A stretch of DNA of 64,000 nt, from the NCBI GenBank assembly GCA_016839275.1, contig JAEOUM010000117.1, forward strand, positions 63,861 through 127,860, given 5' to 3'. The DNA comes from Candidatus Thorarchaeota archaeon. Its GTDB lineage: Archaea; Asgardarchaeota; Thorarchaeia; Thorarchaeales; Thorarchaeaceae. The position numbers and the translations under genes were made by a program. Shown piece by piece: positions 28,459-38,290 of the stretch (positions within the stretch are counted from its first letter, which is position 1; every line of letters starts with the position of its first letter). Under the pieces are notes generated by a model, which ran no database searches, was not told the DNA's origin, and saw only the letters and a list, made by a program, of their open reading frames with translations.

Positions 28459-29847
28459 ATGTCAAAACGGAATCAGGGAAGGACAACAACCATAATGAAG
28501 CTCCGGCTTTTATTCCACGAATATTACTCGGAGAACCCTGAATCCTTAGATGTACCAGATAGTATCCATGCAAGAGAGTTTGCTTTGCAGACTTGGGAAC
28601 ATAACTGGCACTGCATAGAAAGGAAGGACAAAGACAGTACAGGCAAAGATGTTCGAAGTGGTTGTGGAAAATCAGGTAAGTCCTTTCAACCACTGAAAGA
28701 GTGTCCAAACTGCGGATCTGGGGAAATTAAATCCACAAGCTGGATTCGTCATATTGGTTACCAATCACGTGACGCCCTTTTAAGCGGTCTAGCCAACTCC
28801 GCACCGCAGAGTGTGTATCATTCTGCAGCATTCTATAAGGTTCCTATTGCAACACACATGCATGAAAAAGAGTGGCAGGGTGCTGAGCTGGTCTTTGATA
28901 TTGATGCCGACCATCTAAACTTGAAGTGTTCGAACGATCATGATGCATGGCGATGCAATAACTCCGACTGTCATAAAACAGGAACCGGAATCGCCCCTGA
29001 AACTTGCCCAGTATGTGGCAATATTAGTTTCAGCACAAGGAAATGGATTTGTGAAAAATGCCTTAATGAAGCAAGAAAATACACAATCAAGCTCTATGAT
29101 GATTTCTTGGTTGGTGATTTCGGGTTTGACCCAGATAAAATTCAGTTGAATTACAGTGGACACAGAGGTTACCATGTGAGGGTTCGGGATCCTCAAGTAT
29201 TCATGTTAGACTCTAATGCACGAGTAGAGATTGTCCATTACGTGATGGGCCTTGGTTTCAAAGGCGATAAGTCAATAGTCACTGAGAGTGGCGCCAAATG
29301 GATGCCGAGTCGTGACTTTCCGGGTTGGACAGGACGCATTGCTGATGCATTAGTTGAGTTTATTCGATCTATTGACTCGTACCCAGGAACAGAGAAATGG
29401 GTTTCTTCGCTAAAAGAAAGAAAGGCGGAAGCATTGGACGGTCTATTAAGAACCAGACCCATTCTTAGTAAGAATGTGAAGGGCGTGGGAGTCAAGTCTT
29501 GGCAGGAAATTGCTGAGAAAGCTGTCGAACTCTATGGAAGCGAGATTGATAGACCTGTTACGCACGACATTCATAGAGTAATTCGACTAATTGGTAGCTT
29601 AAATGGTAAGACTGGTTTTGCTGTATCTTTACTCACTCGCGACCAACTTGATGATTTTGATCCATTCAATGAATCGATTGCTTTTAATCAAGGCACTATG
29701 AAAGTCTTACTTCATAAGGGCCAGAGTATTCCTTCCTTTAAAATTGGCAGTGAAACGTACGGTCCATTCACTATGGAAGAAACTGTTGATTTGCCAATGG
29801 GTGCAGCAGTCTTTCTCCTCTGCAAGGGGGTAGCTTCAATTGAGTGA
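28459..29847 (+). CDS. priS: DNA primase small (catalytic) subunit PriS
   Basis: Catalytic ELVFDIDADHL motif; Zn ribbons CPNCGSGE and CPVCGN. Confidence 0.75.
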   Translation: MSKRNQGRTTTIMKLRLLFHEYYSENPESLDVPDSIHAREFALQTWEHNWHCIERKDKDSTGKDVRSGCGKSGKSFQPLKECPNCGSGEIKSTSWIRHIGYQSRDALLSGLANSAPQSVYHSAAFYKVPIATHMHEKEWQGAELVFDIDADHLNLKCSNDHDAWRCNNSDCHKTGTGIAPETCPVCGNISFSTRKWICEKCLNEARKYTIKLYDDFLVGDFGFDPDKIQLNYSGHRGYHVRVRDPQVFMLDSNARVEIVHYVMGLGFKGDKSIVTESGAKWMPSRDFPGWTGRIADALVEFIRSIDSYPGTEKWVSSLKERKAEALDGLLRTRPILSKNVKGVGVKSWQEIAEKAVELYGSEIDRPVTHDIHRVIRLIGSLNGKTGFAVSLLTRDQLDDFDPFNESIAFNQGTMKVLLHKGQSIPSFKIGSETYGPFTMEETVDLPMGAAVFLLCKGVASIE

Positions 29848-30484
29848 TATGAACTATAATCACATTAAGAACGCATGGGAGGATGAAACGGAGAATGAAA
29901 CACTTCAGGATATGGCAGATTTACGGTTGAGTAAGATGATCTCCTATCTCTCTCAGGTTCGTTTGTCCCTGGCATCAACAAACGCGGATGAATCACTCCA
30001 AGCAGATATACTAACACAAGAAGCACTCAACCTAGAGTTCATGCTCGAAGATTTGCTTGCTCTCCGCCGAGATAAAATCATGAAATCTGCTCTTATTGGT
30101 CGTCATCCAACAGGTAATATGACGCTCGCTGAAGAAGAGTTCTACAATCGTATTCAGCGTGCGTTTGATGCTCACTCAGAGTTCATGAAGGAGTCATTGG
30201 CAGGATCCGCCCCATCTCGTACCAAGACTAAAGTCAAGAAAGGCAAAATGACAAAGGACCAGGAAGAAAAACCTGCTGAAGAATCTGATGAAATGGACCA
30301 TATAGTTGTAAAGTTCCTCCGCCCCATTGACGAAGCATTCATGGGACTTGACGAACAGACCTATGGTCCTTTCAAGAAAGAGGATATTGCTACAATACCT
30401 ACTGCAAATGCTAGAAGATGGCTACGTGATGGTACTGTGGTCAGGGTGGTGCTTGAGGATGGTGCCCTAAAAGATGAAAAATGA
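29840..30484 (+). CDS. GINS subunit Gins51-like
   Basis: Helical A-domain plus small B-domain; overlaps the priS stop by 8 nt (priS-gins15 adjacency is known in Sulfolobales). Confidence 0.45.
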   Translation: MSDMNYNHIKNAWEDETENETLQDMADLRLSKMISYLSQVRLSLASTNADESLQADILTQEALNLEFMLEDLLALRRDKIMKSALIGRHPTGNMTLAEEEFYNRIQRAFDAHSEFMKESLAGSAPSRTKTKVKKGKMTKDQEEKPAEESDEMDHIVVKFLRPIDEAFMGLDEQTYGPFKKEDIATIPTANARRWLRDGTVVRVVLEDGALKDEK

Positions 30485-30770
30485 GCAAGTCCTCGATGAT
30501 TTGAAGTATCTCCTAGATTACCTGAATCAACAACTCGATGAAATCAAATCATCCCATGATAAATTTCTCATTACCCTTACAAGTGTTCTCAAACTTACAA
30601 ATGGCAGCAGTCCAATACTAACCAATCTCCGTGCTGACCCAGAGAATCTAAAGGCCTATTTGATTCAGATGACACTGCAGATTTCTGACTTGACTACTCA
30701 ATCTTATGAGCAGGTCTGTGAGAGAATCGAATCAATAATTGAGGCTATATCCACAGATAGAAAGTCCTAA
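30474..30770 (+). CDS. Hypothetical helical protein, overlaps the gins stop by 11 nt
   Basis: 98-aa ORF, translationally coupled to the preceding gene. Confidence 0.3.
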   Translation: MKNEQVLDDLKYLLDYLNQQLDEIKSSHDKFLITLTSVLKLTNGSSPILTNLRADPENLKAYLIQMTLQISDLTTQSYEQVCERIESIIEAISTDRKS

Positions 30771-30987
30771 GAGTCAGTCAGTTCAGACACAAATCATGCC
30801 CAGTCATCGAGTCATATTCCAAGTTATTGGTTCCATTTGTATTATACTTGCCTTAATTGGCGGTCTGATGTATCCAATAAACATGATGAGCGTTTTCGAG
30901 TTCTTTGCCTATGTTGTAACCGTTTCACTTGGAGTCTCTGGTATTTTGTTTCTACTTTACAGAAGAGGCTTTGGTGAAGAGCTATAG
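30739..30987 (+). CDS. Small membrane protein (2 TM)
   Basis: Two hydrophobic helices (ICIILALIGGLMYPI; VVTVSLGVSGILFLLY). Confidence 0.35.
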   Translation: MRLYPQIESPKSQSVQTQIMPSHRVIFQVIGSICIILALIGGLMYPINMMSVFEFFAYVVTVSLGVSGILFLLYRRGFGEEL

Positions 30988-31005
30988 CTTGGTCATGTAG
31001 TCAAT

Positions 31006-31632
31006 ATGTCATTTCTACAAACTTTTAATATAGGCATTAAATGGCTGAGCACTCCCCGAGAAACGCATCAAATGGTTGTGGTGTATCCTATGACTGAAAT
31101 GGACGAACAAAGTGGTCCACCAATTACTTTGATAGACCCAATTGATATGTCGAAGCTAGATACCAAGTTTCGAGAGCAAATCAAAAGCATGCCAAATGGC
31201 GAAGAACTCTCTGCCTGTTTTGCCTGCTCTACGTGTACTGCAGCATGTCCAATTGCGAATATTTGGCAATACAAACCGCATCAACTCATCCGGATGATCA
31301 TTCTCGGAATGAAAGAGGAAGTACTTTCCTCCAATGAGATATGGCTTTGCTTAACCTGTTTTCAATGTCAGGAACGTTGCCCGCAGAAAGTCCGGGTAAC
31401 AGACATTTTCTTTGATTGTAAGAATCTTGCTGCTGAAGAAGGAAAAGTTCCTCCCAATATCATTGGCCTAGGAAAAGAACTACTTGAGAAAGGTCAACTT
31501 TACACTGTGACAGCTGACTGGGAGCGCGAAGACTTGGGTCTTGAACCCGCTGTCCCCGGCTTATCAGTCGATTCTATGAAGAATACATTGAAGAAAACCC
31601 GGACCAACAAGCTGGTGGAGGGTGGTGAGTAA
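31006..31632 (+). CDS. hdrC: Heterodisulfide reductase subunit C-like (2 x [4Fe-4S])
   Basis: CFACSTCTAACPI and CLTCFQCQERCP. Confidence 0.7.
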   Translation: MSFLQTFNIGIKWLSTPRETHQMVVVYPMTEMDEQSGPPITLIDPIDMSKLDTKFREQIKSMPNGEELSACFACSTCTAACPIANIWQYKPHQLIRMIILGMKEEVLSSNEIWLCLTCFQCQERCPQKVRVTDIFFDCKNLAAEEGKVPPNIIGLGKELLEKGQLYTVTADWEREDLGLEPAVPGLSVDSMKNTLKKTRTNKLVEGGE

Positions 31633-32500
31633 GGTGCCAGTATTCAATCTATACATGGGTTGTAGTGTACCTGCAAACTACCCCAATTACGAAGCGGCTA
31701 TGCTGAAAGTCGCAGAAACATATGACATCCAATTAGAATACATGGAAGGTGTCGGATGTTGTGGTAGCCCCAACCTTCGTGCAATTGACTATCTGGGATG
31801 GCTCACCATAAATGCAAGAACTCTAGCCATCGCAGAGAAGAACGGTCATGACATTGTCACGCCTTGCAACGGGTGTTTTGGATCACTCAAGGACGTCTAC
31901 CATTTTCTCAAGCATGATGCTAATTACAGGAAGCAAGTCAATGACATTCTGAAGAAAGACGGTTTGGAGTTCAAGGGTACAATTACTCCCCGTCATTTTG
32001 TTGAAGCTCTGTACACCGATATCGGTATTGAAGAGATAGGGAAAAAGATCACTAAACCATTAGATGGAGTTGGAATTGCCATTCACTATGGTTGTCATCT
32101 TCTGCGTCCTATTGATGTGACTGAATTCAAGCCAGAATTTCTGAACGATCTTATTCAGGCAACTGGTGCTTCAGTTGTAGAGTACCCACTGTGGAAACAA
32201 TGTTGTGGCGCAACAGTTCTACCTGTTGACGAAAACCTAGCAATCCGGCTTGCTCGTGATAAGCTAAAATCAATGAAAGAATCAGGAGCGGAATTCATTG
32301 CTGTGGTCTGTCCAGCCTGTGGAAATCAGCTTGATTTACAACAGCTGGGGCTGAAGGAATCATATGGTGAGGAGTTCAACTTACCAGTACTTCTATACCC
32401 CCAGATTCTTGGCCTAGCTTTAGGGATGACTGAAGAAGAAGTAGGACTCAACATGAACAGGGTCCCTGCTGATTCTATCTTGAATCATTTGACAGGGTGA
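31622..32500 (+). CDS. hdrB: Heterodisulfide reductase subunit B-like (two CCG domains)
   Basis: CCG motifs GCCGSP...C...C and QCCGAT...CPACGNQ. Confidence 0.75.
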   Translation: MVSKVPVFNLYMGCSVPANYPNYEAAMLKVAETYDIQLEYMEGVGCCGSPNLRAIDYLGWLTINARTLAIAEKNGHDIVTPCNGCFGSLKDVYHFLKHDANYRKQVNDILKKDGLEFKGTITPRHFVEALYTDIGIEEIGKKITKPLDGVGIAIHYGCHLLRPIDVTEFKPEFLNDLIQATGASVVEYPLWKQCCGATVLPVDENLAIRLARDKLKSMKESGAEFIAVVCPACGNQLDLQQLGLKESYGEEFNLPVLLYPQILGLALGMTEEEVGLNMNRVPADSILNHLTG

Positions 32501-33762
32501 GGCGGATGAGTGCGTCTAATCCGGTCCTCATAATTGGAGCTGGCGTTGCAGGTATGACTGCTGCTGTAGAGCTTGCAGATTCAGGGATTAAGGCAGTGCT
32601 TGTTGAAAGACAAGAAACCGTAGGCGGCAATGCACTTGACCTCTACAAGGCATTCCCAACCGATGATTGTTTTTACTGCTTTGAAGGAAATCGCTGGCGT
32701 CCTGGAATTCGTAAGTGCTTCTATAGGAGTGCACTCATTGATCAGCCCAATATATCACTGAAAATGAATAGCGAAGTGAATACCATTTCTGGTACTCCTG
32801 GCCAATTCACAGTAACACTAAGTGTAGGTCCACAGTATATTGATCCAAAGAAATGTACGATGTGCGGTCTTTGTCTAGAAAAGTCAAAAGCATTCCATCT
32901 GATATCTCCCCAGTGCCAACCTCAAGCAGTCGTATATAATCCTTCAATAAATGATGATGGTGCTAAACAGGCTGAGGAGGAGTGCCCCACCAAGGCAATC
33001 AGCTTGAATGCACAACCCACCGAGGAAATAATCAAAGTATCGGATATCATTATTGCAACTGGATATCATGAAATGAAACCAGTCAACATGGATGAGTATA
33101 GCTACGGAAAACATCCTAACATTATAACACAATTAGAACTTGCAAAGATAATTGACCCAAATGGTGAGTCCAACGGTGTACCTCTAAAACCATCTGATGG
33201 AAAACCTGTGAAAAGAGTCATGATGGTTCAATGTGTGGGAAGTAGGGATGAAAACTATTATCCCTATTGTTCAAAGATATGTTGTGTCTTCGCTCTCAAA
33301 CATGCCAATATTCTCATGCAAGAACGAGATGGAGTTCAAGTCAGTGTTGTGTACATGGACATCCGTACTTATGATAGGTATGAACGGTACTATCATACAG
33401 CTCGAGAGTCTGGTGTTGAATTTATCCGAGGAAGGGTATCCCTTATACAACCTCGTGAAGACGGCTCCTTGGACATAGTTGTCTATGATTCGCTCTTGAA
33501 CAAATATCTGAAATTTTCAGTGGATCTTTTTGTTCTATCATCAGCTCTAGAACCACCAGAGGGTACAAACAAACTCATCGAAAGCCTCGGGTTAAAATCA
33601 GCAAGTGGATTTGTTGGAATCGCAGATCCAAAAACAGAAAACGAAGTCATAGTGGGCGACCACATCTATGCTTGTGGTACAGCATTGGGCCCTGCAGAAG
33701 TTCCTGAGAGCGTGACCCAAGCCCGAGCAGCAGTATCTAAGATACTCCAGAGTAGGAAGTGA
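32497..33762 (+). CDS. hdrA: HdrA-like FAD-dependent oxidoreductase (short form)
   Basis: FAD fold IIGAGVAGMTAAVELA; HdrA signature VQCVGSRDENYYPYCSKICCVFALKHA; ferredoxin CTMCGLCLEKS. Confidence 0.7.
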   Translation: MRRMSASNPVLIIGAGVAGMTAAVELADSGIKAVLVERQETVGGNALDLYKAFPTDDCFYCFEGNRWRPGIRKCFYRSALIDQPNISLKMNSEVNTISGTPGQFTVTLSVGPQYIDPKKCTMCGLCLEKSKAFHLISPQCQPQAVVYNPSINDDGAKQAEEECPTKAISLNAQPTEEIIKVSDIIIATGYHEMKPVNMDEYSYGKHPNIITQLELAKIIDPNGESNGVPLKPSDGKPVKRVMMVQCVGSRDENYYPYCSKICCVFALKHANILMQERDGVQVSVVYMDIRTYDRYERYYHTARESGVEFIRGRVSLIQPREDGSLDIVVYDSLLNKYLKFSVDLFVLSSALEPPEGTNKLIESLGLKSASGFVGIADPKTENEVIVGDHIYACGTALGPAEVPESVTQARAAVSKILQSRK

Positions 33763-33771
33763 AACTGATAG

Positions 33772-35937
33772 ATGGATGATAATAAATCAGCAGCACTCAT
33801 CTGTACTTGCGGCAAACAACTTCAGTTGAAATATGACTTCCTAGAAACCCAAGTCAGCAAGATGAACCTAGTAGCTTCGGCGACGGTTCATGATTTTGTC
33901 TGTCAGGAAGAAGGTCTCGCGAAAATCGCAGAGACTCTCAAGGCAAATGACGGTCATCTTGTAATTGCAGCCTGCTCAAGTCAAAAAATCCAACCCCGAA
34001 TCGATCAATATCTCAAGTCACACGACATTGATAGCACCCAGATCCAATATGTGAACATCAGAGAACACTCCGCTTGGGTACACAAGGACATTGATGAAGC
34101 AACTAAAAAGTCTGCAGACATGATTCGCGGTACATTAGCAAGGTCTGCGAAAGCGGTAAAACGATCAGTGGAACAGAAAGAGGTCTCTCCTCATGTCACA
34201 GTCATTGGTGGAGGGATTGCTGGTATTGAATCTGCACTTAGCCTCTCGAATCTGGGATACAAAGTCGTTCTTCTAGAAATCAAAGACGAACTTGGTGGGC
34301 ATGTACAAAGCCTTCCTGTTGTTGCTCCGACAGGAAAATCGGGCAAAGAGATACTAAGCGGTCGATTGGAAGCTATCAAGAATGATAAAGACATCACAAT
34401 AATGACCAAGGTTCGCGTCAAATTTGTTTCTGGAGAACAAGGTAACTTCTCCATACACTATTTGTCAGATGATGACGAAGAAAAAACATTGAACACTTCA
34501 GCTATAGTCCTAGCTACTGGATTCAAAGAGTTCAAACCTACATCCATGGAAGAATATCGCTATGGAAAGAATCCTGATGTAATCACACAATTCGAACTCT
34601 CATGTATGTTGTCCGAGGGTAAACTAGCCCGTCCCTCTGATGGTGCACCAATCAAAGAAGTAGTGATGGTTCAGTGTGTTGGTAGTAGGTCTGAGGACTA
34701 TAAGAAGGACTGTAGTAAATTATGCTGTACCTTCGCAATTGACAATTCATTAGAGATACTAGAAAGAATACCAGATGCTACTGTTCGAATAGTCTACATG
34801 GACATTAGAGTTCCCTTTGAGAATGAGATGATATACAAAGAGTCCCGCGAGAAAGGAGTAGATTATATTCGCGGTCGTGTCAGCATGACCTGGGAGCATG
34901 AAGGTAAAACATACGTACGCATCTATGACTCCTTACTCGATAAGTATCTAGATATCCCAGTGGATTTACTGGTACTCTCTTCCGCTATTCTTCCTTCAGA
35001 TGGGACTTTAGAACTCTCTGAAACGCTAGGCTATGCGGTTGAAGATGATGGACATGTAAAGGAACTTTATGGGAAACTTCGACGTAATGAAACCCGTCGG
35101 CGGGGTGTCGTTGCAGTTGGAGGGATTACTCGTCCACAGTTTGTTTTTGAAGCTATTACAGACGCTCAAGCTGGAGCTCTCGTGATTCATAATGAGCTTC
35201 AGGGTGGAACTATTCACACAGTTGCGCGTGGAGCTGTTCTAAACGTCGATGACTGTGTTGGATGCAGTCTCTGCGCTCAGCAGTGTCCACGTGGGGTTCC
35301 TCTCATGATTGAACAGACAGAAGCGGAAGAATCTGATGAAGAACAGAAGATTCTTTTCAAAGCAGCAATTGACACATTGAACTGTCATGCATGTGGAGTA
35401 TGTCAAAGCCTATGCCCCTCTGGTGCTACACAGCTTAATTTTCTCTCTAATGATCAGCTATGGTCCGAGATAGATGCGGTACTTGAGGGTGCAGGTCCAG
35501 AGAATCCGATTACACTCTGTTTCTATTGTGAAGAGTGTTCAGTATCAACAATAGATATTGTTGGAACTAGGAGGATGGAATACCCTGCTAGCACACGTCT
35601 TATTCCAGTTCCCTGTGCAGGCCGTGTAAGTATCATAGACATTCTCAAAGCCTTTGAACATGGTGCAAGCACAGTGATGATTGCGGCCTGTGAGAAGGAC
35701 CGTTGTCATATTGGAGGGACCGGCAATGAAATCGCTCAGGTGCAGGTAGACGTTGCTCGAGATATTTTGAACGCGATTGGGTGGAAAGGAGAACGTGTAG
35801 ATATGTTCAGAATGTTTAGTGCGGAGCCTGAACGCTTTACTAAGGCTGTAAACGAAATGGTGAAGCGTGCCAAGGATTTAGGTCCGACTCCTGTCCATGA
35901 TGGAACTGCTGGTAAATGGAGGGAGATGAGCGAGTGA
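33772..35937 (+). CDS. hdrA: HdrA-like FAD oxidoreductase fused to a C-terminal MvhD-like domain
   Basis: FAD fold VTVIGGGIAGIESAL; VQCVGSRSEDYKKDCSKLCCTFA; 2 x [4Fe-4S] CVGCSLCAQQCP/CHACGVCQSLCP; MvhD pattern PCAGRVSIIDILKAFEHGASTVMIAACEKDRCH. Confidence 0.7.
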   Translation: MDDNKSAALICTCGKQLQLKYDFLETQVSKMNLVASATVHDFVCQEEGLAKIAETLKANDGHLVIAACSSQKIQPRIDQYLKSHDIDSTQIQYVNIREHSAWVHKDIDEATKKSADMIRGTLARSAKAVKRSVEQKEVSPHVTVIGGGIAGIESALSLSNLGYKVVLLEIKDELGGHVQSLPVVAPTGKSGKEILSGRLEAIKNDKDITIMTKVRVKFVSGEQGNFSIHYLSDDDEEKTLNTSAIVLATGFKEFKPTSMEEYRYGKNPDVITQFELSCMLSEGKLARPSDGAPIKEVVMVQCVGSRSEDYKKDCSKLCCTFAIDNSLEILERIPDATVRIVYMDIRVPFENEMIYKESREKGVDYIRGRVSMTWEHEGKTYVRIYDSLLDKYLDIPVDLLVLSSAILPSDGTLELSETLGYAVEDDGHVKELYGKLRRNETRRRGVVAVGGITRPQFVFEAITDAQAGALVIHNELQGGTIHTVARGAVLNVDDCVGCSLCAQQCPRGVPLMIEQTEAEESDEEQKILFKAAIDTLNCHACGVCQSLCPSGATQLNFLSNDQLWSEIDAVLEGAGPENPITLCFYCEECSVSTIDIVGTRRMEYPASTRLIPVPCAGRVSIIDILKAFEHGASTVMIAACEKDRCHIGGTGNEIAQVQVDVARDILNAIGWKGERVDMFRMFSAEPERFTKAVNEMVKRAKDLGPTPVHDGTAGKWREMSE

Positions 35938-38198
35938 GTCATGCAACCCCTGAGAAGGTAATTGCACCAAAAAGACAACGAATGTTGGATATGGTATTAG
36001 CACTAAGCGGGCTTAAAGAAGAGTCAACGATTCCACTGAGTAAAGTAAAGGATGAACTTGAAAATCTAAAGAAAGAACTTGCTCCCCTTACTGATGCAAT
36101 CATTGCATTTCCTGACTCCTATTTCGAGAAATTTCTAGAATCTGTAAAGAAGAGTAATATTGCTGCTGAGATAAACGACAGAGGCGTTCTCAAGGAATCA
36201 ATCTCTAATCTTGAACAGGCTTTGTCAACAGCTGACTCTGTATCATTGAAAGCACTGAATAAAATACTTACAGACGCTCTCAATAGAATGACCGAGGTAG
36301 AGGAACACCACGATGTAAGTGCAGATATTGATTTGGCTTCGACTATCTCGACTCTATCTGATTTTATTTCTGAAATCGAGCTGATTACAGACGAATTTGA
36401 GAAGGCTGCTGAAACTGAAGCAGATTCTGCAAGGTCTGAATTAGTAACGCTAGCTGAATCCCTTAAAGAAACCCAAGAAAAGATCGAAAAAGATCCAGAC
36501 GCTGCGCTAGACGAGCTTCAAAAACTAGGATCTCAGACGCGCTATGGCCCCGGATTGAGGTCAATAGCACAGGTGAAACGAGGTAAGAGAGAAGGTCGAA
36601 TCGATGATGCTCAGTTCAACAGACTTGTCAAAGAGAATCTACTTACTGAAATCAATCGTGGAGTAATCTTGTTTATTCTTTCGAAAATGGGATCCAAGAC
36701 CGTTGTACAAATTGGAGAACTCATGCAGACGCCGCCTCAAACAATCCAGAACGCTCTAGTGACTATGATACAGAGAGGGGAAGTTGAGATGGTTGGTCTT
36801 GATGGAGATGCTCCTGTATTCTCAAGGGTGCTCACAGAAACACCCAACGCAACATTGCTCATGAAGAGGATTGTCCAACAGGTTCGGGGGATGGTAAAAT
36901 CCCTAGAAGGTGAAACTACTGAAACCATGAAAGAGGCTCTCGGAAGGCTGCAAACATTACTTGAACGTCTAAAGATACTTGGAGCCTACAATGAGGCTCT
37001 ACTATCTGACAGTATTAACAAGCTCCGAGAAGCAGTCGATAGTGTCACAGAATCCGTATTAACTGCCCAGACGACCGACGATGCTGATAATCTCAAGCTA
37101 CTCATATCTGCAGGACTTGAAGCCTTTGCCCGGTTTCGTCTTAAAATCACTCTAGAAAAAGGGCCCTCGCTTGTTTCAGGTACCAATGTCTATGGCGAAA
37201 AACTTGACCCTGAAGTATACAAGAACATGATGGATACCTATCTTGATAATGAGCTTGAGAGAGGTACGATTCTGATTCTTATTCGAGAATTAGGGGCACT
37301 AACAGTACATGATCTTGCAGAGAGAACAAACATTCCTTCCGATAGAATACTCCGACATTTGCTCAGAATGAAGCGTGATGAGCTTCTTATAATTGCTGGG
37401 GAGAATCACGGGTATATTCTCTATGATGTGCCAAGGACGCTCTCAGAGGCTGAAATCTCAATACAGACTACGAGTGATTTGGCTCTGCATCTATCCGCGG
37501 CTAGGGAAGAGCTTCAGAGGATATTGAGCGACCTGAAAGCATCGGATATTGGGAAATTAGCTAACTCGCTTGAGGTCTTTTCGAAAGCACGTGATAAGCT
37601 CACATCTGTTCGTGTGCAGGGTACGGTAATTGATGAAACCACCCTGAACGATGTGGAGGATAAGATACGGTCCGCGGTCTTACTCACTTATCGAACGCGC
37701 GCTAAGATTCCGAGCACCAGACCAAAGGTGACAATTGAGGATCTATTGGATATTGATGTTCCATCTGTTCTCGATGAGTATAGAAGTCAAATGGGCTATG
37801 CACCACTTCTAGGATTTGGAACAATAGAATGGGAACAATCAAAATGCCTCGGTTGCAAGTCATGTGAGATTACCTGTCCGGAACATGCAATAGAACTGAA
37901 ACCACGAATAGAGATACCTAAGTTTTTCGAGATCTCTGACGATGCTCTCTCTCAGTTACCCTCCAACCGGTCTCTCTTTTACAGAACTGTTCAAAATCTT
38001 GCTAAGATAAAACCATCAAACGAGCTCATCCTTGAAAAGGAAGCTCCAGGATTTGGTACTGTAGAAGTGGATCTTTGGCTATGTGTGGCTTGTCGTACGT
38101 GTGTACGAAGATGTCCGGGTCCTGAAGGCGGCGCTCTGGAGTTAGAGCTGAAATGGAGTCTTCCAGAAGTTGTGAAGCATATTACCTCGACTTCATGA
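35916..38198 (+). CDS. Novel 760-aa protein with coiled coil, two winged-helix segments and a C-terminal di-cluster ferredoxin domain
   Basis: Overlaps the hdrA stop by 22 nt. Winged-helix-like segments are ...GVILFILSKMGSKTVVQIGELMQTPPQTIQNALVTMIQRGEV... and ...GTILILIRELGALTVHDLAERTNIPSDRILRHLLRMKRDEL.... C-terminus carries CLGCKSCEITCPEHA and CVACRTCVRRCPG. Confidence 0.5.
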   Translation: MEGDERVSHATPEKVIAPKRQRMLDMVLALSGLKEESTIPLSKVKDELENLKKELAPLTDAIIAFPDSYFEKFLESVKKSNIAAEINDRGVLKESISNLEQALSTADSVSLKALNKILTDALNRMTEVEEHHDVSADIDLASTISTLSDFISEIELITDEFEKAAETEADSARSELVTLAESLKETQEKIEKDPDAALDELQKLGSQTRYGPGLRSIAQVKRGKREGRIDDAQFNRLVKENLLTEINRGVILFILSKMGSKTVVQIGELMQTPPQTIQNALVTMIQRGEVEMVGLDGDAPVFSRVLTETPNATLLMKRIVQQVRGMVKSLEGETTETMKEALGRLQTLLERLKILGAYNEALLSDSINKLREAVDSVTESVLTAQTTDDADNLKLLISAGLEAFARFRLKITLEKGPSLVSGTNVYGEKLDPEVYKNMMDTYLDNELERGTILILIRELGALTVHDLAERTNIPSDRILRHLLRMKRDELLIIAGENHGYILYDVPRTLSEAEISIQTTSDLALHLSAAREELQRILSDLKASDIGKLANSLEVFSKARDKLTSVRVQGTVIDETTLNDVEDKIRSAVLLTYRTRAKIPSTRPKVTIEDLLDIDVPSVLDEYRSQMGYAPLLGFGTIEWEQSKCLGCKSCEITCPEHAIELKPRIEIPKFFEISDDALSQLPSNRSLFYRTVQNLAKIKPSNELILEKEAPGFGTVEVDLWLCVACRTCVRRCPGPEGGALELELKWSLPEVVKHITSTS

Positions 38199-38290
38199 TC
38201 TCACAAATCAATATCTAAGATGCCCTTTAGTAACTGACTTATACCACTTGGCGAAAGGTCAAAGGACACATAATCCTTTGAGGGAGAATT

